Positions 22,864 to 32,803 of a stretch of 64,000 bases of DNA are shown here, one piece after another. The DNA lies in NCBI GenBank assembly GCA_011754105.1, contig JAAKDF010000001.1:16282-80281 (forward strand). Direction: 5' to 3'. The translations under genes were made by a program, and so were the position numbers. How positions within the stretch are numbered: the first letter of the stretch is position 1; each line of letters opens with the position of its first letter. The notes under the pieces are model-generated. The model was not told where the DNA came from. It saw only the letters and a program-made list of their open reading frames with translations, and did not search any database. The stretch comes from Serratia symbiotica (lineage in GTDB: Bacteria; Pseudomonadota; Gammaproteobacteria; Enterobacterales; Enterobacteriaceae).

Positions 22864-24210
22864 AAGTGGTCATACCGCTGATTGCCTACCTGCTACTGGT
22901 CTTTGGCCTGTCTGTCTACGCCTATGGCCACCGCCAAAGCGGTAATTTCCTTAACGAATATTTTCTCGGCAATCGTTCTCTGAGGGGCTTTATTCTGGCT
23001 ATGATCTAACTGACGGCGGCGTGGCTGTAGCTCGGCGTACTGGGTAAGAAGTTCGCCATTCTGGCGCGGCGCTATAATGCCATTACCCTCAACCACATGC
23101 TATATGGCCGCTTCCGGAGCCGGATGTTGGTTTGTCCTAGCCAGCCTAAGCCTACTGGTAGTATTCCTCGGTGCTCATGACTGTACAGTCCGTCGGTGGT
23201 GACTGATTGTTGGAAAGTGCTGTGAGCGGTATCCCCTACAAACATCGACCTGCTGATTTTCGGCATTAGTATCGTGCTCTATACCGCCTTTGGCGGCTTC
23301 CGTGCTAGCGTGCTCAACGGTGTAATGCAGGATCTGGTGATACTTCATTACACCGTCTTACTTGCTGGGAGCTGTGCTCTCCGCCGCCTTGGTGGATTGC
23401 ACCACGCGGTAGATAAGCTACAGCATATCAACCCGGCGCTAGTGTCGCCTTAGGGCAGTGATCAGTTCCTCAGTCTACCATTTATGGCCTCATTTTGGGT
23501 CTTGATACGCTTCGGGGTGAGTCGCATGCCCCACACAGCCGTACGCTGTATCTCATATAAAGACAACAAGGCGGTACATTACAGTATCATTCTTGGAACC
23601 CTGGTGGTGGCGCTACTGATGCTCGGCATGCATCTAGCTGGTGCCCTCGGTCGCACACGGTGTTGCCAGATATGAAAATCTCCGATCAAGTGATCCTACC
23701 TATGATGGTTATTTTGCTGCTAGCTTATGCCGCTGGCATCTTTCTGGTAGTACTGCTGGCAGCAATCATGCCTACCATCAACGCCAAATTATTACAACCT
23801 TCCTACACCATCGTCAAAGATCTTTATCTTGATGTGCAACCGCAGCACATAGACAACGCGCGGATGATAAAGCGTTTATCCAATCTGACCACCTTGATAC
23901 TCGGCTGGCTAGTGCTACTGGCAGTCTGGCATCCGCCAGAAATGATAATCTGGTTGAATTTGCTTGCCTTCGGCGGGCTAGAAGCGCTGTTTCTGTGGCT
24001 GTTGGTGCTGGCAACGCTCCAATGCTCAGGGGGCGCTTAGCTCAAGAGTATCGGGTGCTGTATGCTATACGCTATTAGCCAGCTTTTGCCTTCAGTCAGC
24101 AAGGCTACACCCTATGGTACCTGCGCTGTTGCTTAGCCTGCTGGCGCTTTATATCGGCAACGTTGTTGGCAAAAAACTTCGTGTAGCGTCATCCTTACCC
24201 TCTTGCAGAG
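22853..24210 (+). pseudogene. panF: sodium/pantothenate symporter pseudogene
   Basis: ATG TAA (codon 2 is a stop), then EVVIPLIAYLLLVFGLSVYA..NEYFLGNRS.., ..LLIFGISIVLYTAFGGFRASVLN.., ..HTAVRCISYKDNKAVH..LGMHLAGALGR.., ..PPEMIIWLNLLAFGGLEALFLW.. Collinear with E. coli PanF, with many stops, frameshifts and a deletion. Confidence 0.85.
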
Positions 24211-24217
24211 AATTGCT

Positions 24218-25106
24218 ATGCCTTGGATCCAACTAAAACTCAACACTATCGGTAGCTGGGCTGAAGACCTGAGCAATGTGCTGGTGAAAAGCGGCGCGGT
24301 GTCGGTGACTTTTCAAGACACACACAATAACCCGGTATTCGAACTGCTGCCGTGAGAGACCCTGCTGTAGGGCGATACCGATGTGATCAGCCTGTATGAT
24401 GCCGAAACCAAAATGGCCGAAGTGGAGGCGATGCTGGAACAACACCCCTTGCTTGGTGCGTGTTTCCGCCATAAGGTTGATTAATTAGAAGACAAGGACT
24501 GGGAGCGCGAGTGGATAGACAACTTTCACTCGATGCGCTTCGGCGAGCGCCTATGGACCGGTCTATAGCTGGCGCGATGTGCCTAATCTAGACGGCGGTC
24601 AACGTGATACTAAATCCTGGCTTGGCGTTTGGCACCAGCACACATCTAACCACCGCACTCTGCTTTCAGTGGCTAGACTGCCTCAATCTGGCGTGCAAAA
24701 CCGTCATCGACTTTGGATATGGATCCGGAATTCTCGCGATTGCTGCGTTGAAGATTGGTGCAGAACGCGTTACCGGCATTGACATCGATCCCCAGGCCCC
24801 CATTTAGGCCAGTCGTGATAATGCACAACGTAACGGTGTTTCAGAGAGCCTGGAGCTATATCTGAGAAATAACCAGCCGGCCTGAACTTCCTGGCGGAAG
24901 TGGTGGTGGCAAACATTCTGGCTCGCCCGCTGCGCGAACTGGCACCGTTTATCGGCTGCCTACCCAAAAGCGGTCGGTATCTGGGCCTGTCCGGCATACT
25001 GGCCAGCCAAGCAACAGGCGTGGCAGAAGCTTACGAAGAGCAGTTTATCCTCGACGCAATTGCCGAGCGTGAAAAATGTTGCCTCATCACTGGCGGTCGT
25101 AAAAGT
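24218..25106 (+). pseudogene. prmA: ribosomal protein L11 methyltransferase pseudogene
   Basis: [68 protein letters not shown].. and ..[45 protein letters not shown].. Several stops and frameshifts. Confidence 0.85.
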
Positions 25107-25385
25107 ACCTACAGCGAAATATCACGAAATTCACCCAGAGATACCGGTGGATTTTTACTTGTTCTCCGCTCCAGTGATGAACTACCCTACAAAGGCCGAC
25201 AATCTAGAGGAAAGGATAAAATGACCGAAAATAATGATAAGATCCCTTGCAATGACGAATATTTTATCGCCTATAAAAGCAAAAAGTTAAACACAAGCAA
25301 CTGATTATAAAAAATAATATCCTCATGGATTACCGGAAGACACATTTTTTATAATGAATTAGGGTTAATTGCTCAAAACTTGGCC

Positions 25386-25414
25386 TTTCATCTCAACACA
25401 AAAATGCGTAATAT
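25386..25414 (+). promoter_or_regulatory. candidate dusB-fis operon promoter (-35 ttcatc, -10 taatat, GC-rich discriminator)
   Basis: tttcatctcaacacaaaaatgcgTAATATacgcgcc lies about 40 nt upstream of the dusB ATG. The architecture (weak -35, TAATAT, GC-rich discriminator) is that described for the stringently controlled E. coli fis promoter. Confidence 0.45.
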
Positions 25415-25452
25415 ACGCGCCTTTGCGGACCAGTATAGTTTACTCTTTGTCT

Positions 25453-26436
25453 ATGCGCATTGGACACTTCTAGCTTACAAATTGCCTGATTACCGCCTCG
25501 ATGGCCAGTATTACCGATCGTCCGTTTAGAGTGTTATCTCATGCGATAGGTGCTGGGATGGCTGTATCCGAAATGCACTCCTCTAACCCAGAGGAGTGGC
25601 GAACAGATAAGTCGCTTCTGCGCATGGCGCATAGCGATGAACCTGGGCTCCTTTCTGTGCAGATTGCTGGGTGCTATCCAGATGACATGGCCGCTGCAGC
25701 ACGTATTAATGTGGCCAGTGGCGCACAGATCATCGAGATTAATATGGGTTGGGTTTGCCTAGCTAAGAAAGTAAACGGAAGCTTGCAGGGGGGGCTGCCT
25801 TGCTTCAGTATCCGGATCTAATTAAACAGATCCTCCACGCGGTAGTAAATGATGTGGATGTGCCGGTGACATTTAATATTCGCACTGTCTGGGCACCAGA
25901 ACACCGTAACTGTGTATAAATTACCCAACTGGTCGAAGACTGTTGGTATGAAGGCCATGACTATTCATGGCTGAATACGTTCCTGCCTGTTCAACGGCAA
26001 CGAGGAGTACGATAGCATTCGGGCAGCTAAGCAGAAAGTCTCCATACCAATTATCGCGAATGTAAATATTACTGATCCGCATAAAGCCAGAGCAGTGCTC
26101 GACTACAGCAGAGCTGATGCCCTGATGATAGGCCGAGCGGCTCAGGGAAAACCCTGGATATTCCGGGAAATCCAGCATTATCTGGACACTGGGGAGCTGC
26201 TGCCACCGATGCCACTTGGTTAGGTAAAGCGCTTGTTGATAAAGCATATTCGGGAATTGCACGGCTTTTACGGCCAAGGCAAGGAAAGGGAGCCCGGATT
26301 TTGCCCGTACAGCACGTGTCCTGGTATCTTCAGGAACATGCCCCGAATGACCAGTTTAGGCGCACATTCAACGCCATAGAGGATGCCAGCGAACAGCTGG
26401 AGGCGTTGGAGGCATATTTCGAAAATCTTAGCGTAA
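25453..26436 (+). pseudogene. dusB: tRNA-dihydrouridine synthase B pseudogene
   Basis: MRIGHF*LTNCLI..MASITDRPFRVL..VQIAGCYPDDMAAAARINVASGAQIIEINMG.., ..[63 protein letters not shown].. Collinear with E. coli DusB, with several stops and frameshifts. Confidence 0.85.
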
Positions 26437-26455
26437 AAAAAGAGCTGACAGAATT

Positions 26456-26752
26456 ATGTTCGAACAACGCGTAAATTCTGACGTACTGACCGTTTCAACA
26501 GTTAATTCACAAGATCAAGTGACTCAAAAGCCTCTGCGTGACTCAGTGAAAAAAGCACTGAAGAACTATTTTGCTCAACTGAATGGTCAAGACGTTAATG
26601 ATCTGTATGAACTGGTGTTGGCTGAAGTTGAACAGCCACTGCTGGACATGGTGATGCAATACACCCGTGGCAACCAAACCCGTGCTGCTCTGATGATGGG
26701 AATTAACCGTGGTACGCTGCGTAAAAAACTGAAAAAATACAGCATGAACTGA
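26456..26752 (+). CDS. fis: nucleoid-associated protein Fis
   Basis: 98-aa [59 protein letters not shown], essentially identical to E. coli Fis. Confidence 0.98.
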   Translation: MFEQRVNSDVLTVSTVNSQDQVTQKPLRDSVKKALKNYFAQLNGQDVNDLYELVLAEVEQPLLDMVMQYTRGNQTRAALMMGINRGTLRKKLKKYSMN

Positions 26753-26776
26753 TACTAGTTAGTTATCCATGTTGAT

Positions 26777-26816
26777 AAAAGGCGCTTTTACCTTGTTTGG
26801 TTAGCGCCTTTTCCTT
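26777..26816 (+). terminator. rho-independent terminator after fis
   Basis: Stem aaaaggcgct / agcgcctttt with a 16-nt loop, followed by a T-rich tail. Confidence 0.7.
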
Positions 26817-27189
26817 CTATGTTTATACAAATGTTTTTACATGAATTTCCGAACAATGCAGAAAGCATAAAAATAAAAAAGGGCGCATCAGCGACCTTAT
26901 AGTCGTATGACTACTAGCAGTTATTTTAATGCTGTAACCTTAGCTTGGATTGTATCCCCTAATCGACTAGTATACTTGATAACCACACGGCTTTATTAAA
27001 TGGATTAGCGTCTGCGCTGTCTATGAAAAGTTTCTGCTTGCGGGTTTCAAACCCGGTATTATTTTTACTGAGCGCCAAAATTCGGCAGGGCAGCCCATTT
27101 CCCGGGGGGATGGGGTTCAGCAATCCATTTGTCACTATCGCGGTGCTAAACTTACCTATGGCAGCATAACCATTGAGGGGAAAGCAAAC

Positions 27190-29016
27190 ATGATCAAGGT
27201 GGACAAACGGTGGTTTTTATCGGTAGGGATGTTCTTGACAGGGTTTGCCGGCATTACGCTGGAAGATTCTTTGAATGCCCAACGTCAACACTACCAGCAA
27301 ATCAAACAGTCATGGGACAGCAATTAGAGAGCCATGGTGGCACAACTGATGACAACTCTGCAAAATTATCCGCTTTATCCCTATTTGGAATACCGGGCAT
27401 TGACGCAGGATCTCAGCCAAGTTGGTTTTTCTAAATTAAACACTTTTATCAAGCAAAACTCGAAGCTGCCGCTGGTGAAATCGTTGGTACCGTGCTTTGT
27501 CAATGAGCTGGCACGCCGTTAGGACTAGCGCACTCTATTAACGTTCAGCCCACAGACATTTAAACCGGTGGTGGCACGCTGCAACTATTACTATGCCAAA
27601 TGGGCTACCGGCAATCAGTCGGCCGCATAGCGCGTTGCCGATGAGCTATAGCTGAGTAGTAAAATACAGCCGTGGGCGTGTGACAAACTGTTCAGCGTGT
27701 GGCGCGGTACGGGTAAGTAAACGCTGTTAAATACCTTGGAACGCATGAAACTGGTGTTAAAAGAGGGCAATAGTATGCTTGTCAACAGCCTATATCGCCA
27801 ATTTCCGTCAGATTATCAGGACATGGGCAATGCCCTAGTGCGTTTGTAGAATGATCCTACCAGGCTTGAGGCTTTCGCCCGCAATGTAGTGCCAACCTAC
27901 TTCACCCGCAATGCCATCTCTATCACTTTTGAATACCTAGCACGGCAAGATGCGCAAAACGCCCGTACGATGATCCCGATCCTCGCGCGTTTACAAAAAA
28001 TGAGCAATAGCAGACGCATGGAGTTGGAAGAAGCAGTGGCGTGGTGCTTGATGAGCAGTGATGCCACCGATGAACAGGCTCAGTAGCGTGATTAGGTTAT
28101 TTTGCGCCGCCAATCGCCTGCATTGTTAGAGATCCGGGTACGTATGTCGTTAGGCTATTGTGATCGCCGGGGTGTGGCTACCTGGCTTGCGCGTCTGCCA
28201 GTGGATTTGCTCAATAAGGATGAATAGCGCTACTGGCGCGCCAACATGCTGCTGGATGCAGGCAAACGAAGTTAAGGCGAAATTATGCTACGTAACCTCA
28301 TGACCGAACGTGGCTTTTACCCGATGGTGGCGGCGCAAAGACTGAATATTGCTTATCAGGTGAGGGTAGACTGTTGCGGCCAAGCCGCACGCCACATTGG
28401 TGGACGCGCCAGAAATTGCTCGGGTGCGCAAGCTGATGTATTAGAATATGGATAATCTGGCGCGCAGAGAGTGGAGTGCATTTGTTGCTAGCCGCAGCTA
28501 TGTTGAGCAGGAAGCACTAGCGCGCTATTTTTTTGATCAAAAATGGGCTGATCTCAGCGTGCAGGCGACTATTGTTGGCAAATTGTGGAGCCATCTACAA
28601 GAGCGCTTCCCGCTGGCTTAGCCGCAGGAGTTCCGCCGTGCCACCAATGACAAGGGGATAACGCCGAGTTATGCGATGACCATCGCCCAGCAGGAGAGCG
28701 CCTGGAATCCGAAAGCACAATCTCCCATGGGTGCCGCCGGGCTACGGAACGCGTTACCTGGAGTACCTGTATTAACAATTTAGCCGCAACCGTATTTTAT
28801 CGACGGCGGCCTACAACGCTGGACCATAGCGGTTAAATATTTGGCTTAGCAACAGCGCGGTGCGTGTTGATGCGGTGGCGTTTGTGGAAAGTATCCCATT
28901 TTCTGAAACCTGCGCCTATGTTAAGAACGTGCTGGCCTACGATGTGTTTTACCGCTATCTGAGCCACCAGCTAGAAAAAGTGCTGACCGACGACGAGTGG
29001 CAGCAGCGTTATTGAT
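27190..29016 (+). pseudogene. slt: soluble lytic murein transglycosylase (Slt70) pseudogene
   Basis: Collinear with E. coli Slt70 over nearly the full length (..YQQIKQSWDSN*.., ..YPLYPYLEYR.., ..CNYYYAKW.., ..ACDKLFSVWRG.., ..GFYPMVAAQRL.., ..ESAWNPKAQSPMGAAGL..). There are at least 12 in-frame stops (mostly TAG), frameshifts, and a deletion in the catalytic SLT domain. Confidence 0.9.
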
Positions 29017-29041
29017 TTTGACTGCCCTATGGTATGCTAGC

Positions 29042-29061
29042 TATGCTAGTTAAATAGCATA
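29042..29061. promoter_or_regulatory. TrpR-operator-like palindrome upstream of the dead trpR
   Basis: tatgCTAGTTAAaTAGcata is an inverted repeat resembling the trp operator core (ACTAGTTAACTAGT), in the position of the autoregulatory trpR operator. Confidence 0.4.
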
Positions 29062-29070
29062 GTGGCTACC

Positions 29071-29418
29071 ATGTTGCAATGATCGCTAAATGAGCCTGCT
29101 CTTTCACCACAAGGCAACGAGGATTGGCTCCGCATCGCTGCGCTGTTGCAAGCAAGCATTTTAACAGGGATTGCAACAGCCGCTGATGCAGCTCTTACTG
29201 ACGTAAGATGAGCAAACTGCGCTGGGTATCCCGGGTACGGATTATTCAGGAATTGATGCGAGGCGGAATAAGCTAGCGTGAAATAAAAATGAACTAGGGG
29301 CGAAAAAGTAGCAACCACCACCCGTAGTTCGAACAGCCTGAAGGCAGCCTAGCCAGAGTTGAGTCAGTGGTTGAAGCAACAAATGCTTGATCACAGGCGC
29401 AATAGCCTGGGATACTAA
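29071..29418 (+). pseudogene. trpR: Trp repressor pseudogene
   Basis: Frame-broken fragments ..EDWLRIAALLQ.., ..LTDV/SDEQTALG-like.., ..RVRIIQELMRGGIS.., ..SSNSLKAA*PELSQWLKQQML.. are collinear with the 108-aa E. coli TrpR. There are early stops after ATG. Confidence 0.65.
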
Positions 29419-29439
29419 CTGTGTTGCTGGTAAATCTGG

Positions 29440-29950
29440 TTGTTGAATGGAACCAATAACAGCAATAGAGTCTCATGATAGATGCTAGTGCGTATCAGTT
29501 GCCCGTTGGTAAATATGCCTATCGGCACCGCACTAAAGTTTCAATTCGTCGTTTGCCGGTGATCTCCACCATTTAGCTACCTAGTTTTCGACCAACGCTT
29601 ATATCCTGTAAAATGGTTTTTCGGGCAACATCAAAGCTGGCGCAGCGTAATACCCCCTGGGTATGCGGGTTTTCTATTGTTATCCAGGCAAAGGTTATGT
29701 TCTCCTCAATTCAGGACTCCACCCTGATCCTGAAATCGGCTTCTGGCTGCATTTTACGTGCTTCAATCACTAGCTGGAGAGTGCCCCGGGGTGCGGATTT
29801 CATTGGTGCCCAGCAGCTGAAGCGAAACGCTGCTGGCGACACCGCCGGATTCAGTATGGCAGTGGCTCTGCGCCAAAAGGTATCGTCAAAGGATCATTGA
29901 ATATCCTGGAACTTTGCCGGGTTGGTCGTTACAGCGATAACATCTTACAT
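29440..29950 (-). pseudogene. yjjX: inosine/xanthosine triphosphatase YjjX pseudogene
   Basis: Reverse translation M*DVIAVTTNPAKFQDIQ*SF.. and ..ARKMQPEADF.. matches E. coli YjjX ([21 protein letters not shown].., ..RRLLPEADFWV..). Stop at codon 2 plus more stops and frameshifts; the 3' limit is approximate. Confidence 0.6.
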
Positions 29951-30609
29951 AATGGATCTGATATCCTTCTAGTCGATATATTGGCGGTGGTACACCAGGC
30001 TGCCTGGCGCTAATAAATTCAAGTTTTTACTCCGTAAAAATGGAAACCAACAATATTACAGGTATATCTTATCCACCATGGCGAGACGCAATGGAATGCG
30101 GCTCGCCGCATCCAGGGATAGTCTGACTGCCCGTTAACTGCTAATGTTAAATCCCAGCACATCTGGTCACCAGATGTGTCAGCAAGGTAAGTATCACTCA
30201 TGTGATTACCAGCTATCTGGGAGGCACTCGCCGCACCGCACAGATTATCAGCACCGCTTAAGGTGAGGCTGCACGGTGATTAACGACAACCTCTTGCGTG
30301 AGCTACTTATGGGTAGATTGGAGCGGCGCCTGATCTACTTCCTGACACCGCAGGAAAAAAAGTGGCGCAAATAGATGGTTAATTGTACTCCTGCTGGACG
30401 TATCACTCAAGGTGAATCGGTGGATAACGATCATGGAAGAACTGTGAGAACAGATGCGTGCTGCACTGGAAAGTTGCCTGATGTTGTTGCCAGCAGGCAG
30501 CAAGCCGTTGATTGTCAGCTACGACATTGCCCTGTGATACCTGATCATTTCGGTGCTGGGGCTGCCATCCTATGCGTAACGCCTGCTTTGCACCTACGCA
30601 ATTATTCGC

Positions 30610-30647
30610 TGATGACAACTAACAACAAAGCCTTGCACAGTGACCTG
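30610..30647 (+). repeat. 38-nt copy of an internal priB segment inserted in gpmB
   Basis: tgatgacaactaacaacaaagccttgcacagtgacctg versus 36806-36840 tgatgacaactaacaaagccttgcacagtgacctg. They are identical apart from one extra aca triplet and lie in the same orientation on the + strand. Confidence 0.85.
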
Positions 30648-30670
30648 GTAGCGCCTTGATTATCAGCAAA

Positions 30671-30716
30671 GCCCGTGGCTGGTTTTCGGCTGGATGGTCG
30701 AAAACCAGCCACGGGC
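30671..30716. repeat. perfect 18-bp inverted repeat with a 10-nt spacer inside the gpmB pseudogene
   Basis: gcccgtggctggttttcg gctggatggt cgaaaaccagccacgggc. The arms are exact reverse complements (18/18). Confidence 0.95.
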
Positions 30717-30749
30717 GATATTACTCATCTGTAGATGCCGGCATAGCAT

Positions 30750-31163
30750 GAGCGACTGATCGGGATTAAATAGTCGCAGTTGATAATCAGTCAGTTTTTT
30801 TAGGGGCTATCGATCACTTTCTGGATAAAAGCGCTCTATGTCGTACCCCTTGTGACACCTCAACTTGAGCATTGGCTAACAGGAGCCATAGACCATCAGG
30901 ATAAAGTCAAACATGCCTAAACTAGGCCACTGTCCTGCTGGCATTTTCTTCGGTAGGTGATGTGGCTCCAGCGCGTGGTGGTGTACACGGCGGTTTTGGA
31001 CAGCCTTCTGGCTCGGATGTAAGAGCCGAGTGCACGTACCGGTAATGTCTTTAAACATCCTCTATAGATACTATTTGGATAACTCCTTGTCTAGCGACAA
31101 GGGGTTATCCAAATTTTTTCCAGCCAACTAAGCAAATCGCGAATGGATACCGGCTTGATCCAT
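30750..31163 (-). pseudogene. rob: transcriptional activator Rob pseudogene (more than half deleted)
   Basis: MDQAGI.. / ..IRDLLSWLEK.. / ..LDNPLSLDK.. / ..MFKDITG..YIRARRLSKTAV.. then directly ..FILMVYGSC.PMLKL..KGYDIERFYPE.. is collinear with the N- and C-termini of E. coli Rob. About 414 bp remain of about 870, with frameshifts and stops. Confidence 0.75.
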
Positions 31164-31529
31164 TGATCTTCCTTGTAGAGTTTTATGGTTGTTGATTCAT
31201 CACGCAAGTGCTTGGCATTATTAGCCCATGTTGTATTGCAGTCTTTTGGCTCTTGCAATGCACAGTGCGCAAGAGTTTGATTGGAGCGCTATCTTAAAGG
31301 GCACTGATAAGAACTTATCCCATAAGACAATTTTATTTGACATGTTGGATATGGGGAGTACTCATCCCCTTATTGATTCCCTGTACGCTGCAGTTGTTGC
31401 GCGCTTGCCTTGTGCAAACTGGCTGCAACAATTTGCGCCTACTCTAATGTGATAGCCTCTAAATAACGACGCCGTATAATAGCAATTTTTTGCTGCCGAG
31501 ACCGCCAAAGATTTTTTCATGCTCCTGGC

Positions 31530-32190
31530 AGCGTTGTTGAATCAATCGAACATTTGGCAGGCACGAGGATCAGATCACGCTCCTTCTGTTAAAATAGCTA
31601 CATGGCGTGGCCAAGTAAAAATTAAAGATCACTAACTGGAAGGCTTACAACAACGCCCTTATCACTCGTGGTTCACTCACTTTCTGGGTAGATAAAACGG
31701 CACTTCACGCCTGGTAATGCGAGGCAAAACCTTCTCTGCGTGGTCGCCCACAACATTATTTTAATATGGCATGGCCATGACAAGCGTATTGATGCTGAAA
31801 CGGATTTGCGGCCTTACACTTCGCGCCCTCCATGGCTTCGTCGACTCTATTTTTACACTGATAAAAGTGCCGTTGAACTGCCCAGACTATACCTGCATCA
31901 GTAAGCTGGTGTAGTCCGTAATCAGGCGGTGGCGAACCAGCGCTTTACCGGAGATAACACCATGCTAACACCGACGTTAGATAACCGAAACAGCGATGTA
32001 CAGAGTAAAACAGCTATTTGGTGGTTACCTGTCACTGCGATATTATGATAAGCAAGTTGCAGATGCTATAGCCATGATCTGTTCATTAAACAAAATGACG
32101 CTCGATGGTATGCCAGAAACTGTACGCGTTGCCTGAAAGATGCACATTCAGAGGACTCTTTATTCCAAATCCGATTTATTTAACAAAGCC
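31530..32190 (+). mobile_element. IS903-group element, internally deleted copy D (about 661 bp)
   Basis: The ends are (a)gcgttgttgaatcaatcgaac.. and ..ccgatttatttaacaaagcc. The transposase remnant ..MTSVLMLKRICGLTLRALHGFVDSIFTLIKVPLNCPDYTCISK jumps to ..NQAVANQRFTG... The flanking 9-mers gctcctggc / gctctgtgc match at 6/9. Confidence 0.85.
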
Positions 32191-32278
32191 GCTCTGTGCT
32201 AAAAGGAGTACGTTGGGCCAGAAAAATTCTGATTACTAAGCCTGTTGCTATAAAGTAATGCTTATGGGAGTTAAGTAA

Positions 32279-32750
32279 ATGAAAAAGAGTGGCTATTTTT
32301 TGTGTCTCGGTTGTGCAACGATAAACAGCGCGCAGGCGGAACAGGTCGGATCGGTTGATCCAGTACTTAAACTGGTGTAGCCTGATCACAAAATTGTGTT
32401 GAAAGCGTTCGATGACCCAGACGTTCAAAATGTAACTTGTTATATCAGCCGTGCTAAAAATAGCGGTGTCAAAAGCTGGCTAGGGTTAGCCGAAGAGACC
32501 GCAGATGCAGCCATTTTCTTTCAGCAGGTAGGGCCCGATCGTCTTGAGCGATAAGATCATAAACGGCAAGGTAGAAGGCTCAGTATTGTTCCAAAAGCGA
32601 ATACTCGCTGGTGTTTAAGAAGCTGCAAGTCGTGCGTTTTTATGATGCCAAGCGCAATACGTTGGGCTATCTGAGCTATTCGGATAGGGTAGTTGATGGT
32701 TCACCAAAAAATGCACTGAGTTCGGTACCGATTATCCCATAAGGTTCGGT
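32279..32750 (+). pseudogene. creA: CreA pseudogene
   Basis: [78 protein letters not shown].. is collinear with E. coli CreA, then stops and frameshifts follow. creBCD are absent between creA and arcA. Confidence 0.75.
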
Positions 32751-32803
32751 GAAATTACAATTGGGATACAGCAAGCTAAGCTCCGATTGTTTTGAATCTG
32801 TAA

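Larger units (their letters stand above)
30053..30762 (+). pseudogene. gpmB: phosphoglycerate mutase GpmB pseudogene
   Basis: The start codon is ATA instead of ATG. LQVYLIHHGETQWNAARRIQG*SDCPLTAN.. and later ..LRLRNYSL[insertion]RLDYQQSPWLVFGWMVE..GDITHL* are collinear with E. coli GpmB. Multiple stops and frameshifts. Confidence 0.8.

Noticed and set aside
24368-24370. Dcm (CCWGG) 5-methylcytosine deamination as the cause of the TGG->TAG changes
   Set aside because: That mechanism would produce CCTAG. None of the seven TGG->TAG sites I checked is preceded by CC (the contexts are gac, gca, cta, cag, gaa, tat and ctg).
27190-29016. Possibility that the frequent in-frame TAG codons reflect a stop-codon reassignment or suppression rather than pseudogenes
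   Set aside because: TAG occupies positions that are Trp, Gln, Glu, Tyr and Ser in orthologues, so it has no single meaning. TAA and TGA also occur in frame. The same genes carry frameshifts and deletions. All of the roughly 35 conserved housekeeping genes are free of internal stops.
31228-31452. 74-aa ORF (MLYCSLLALAMHSAQEFDWSAILKG..) in the rob-creA spacer as a novel small protein
   Set aside because: There is no recognisable similarity or ribosome-binding site that I could support. It lies in a decaying spacer next to an IS, so it cannot be distinguished from a chance ORF without comparative or expression data.
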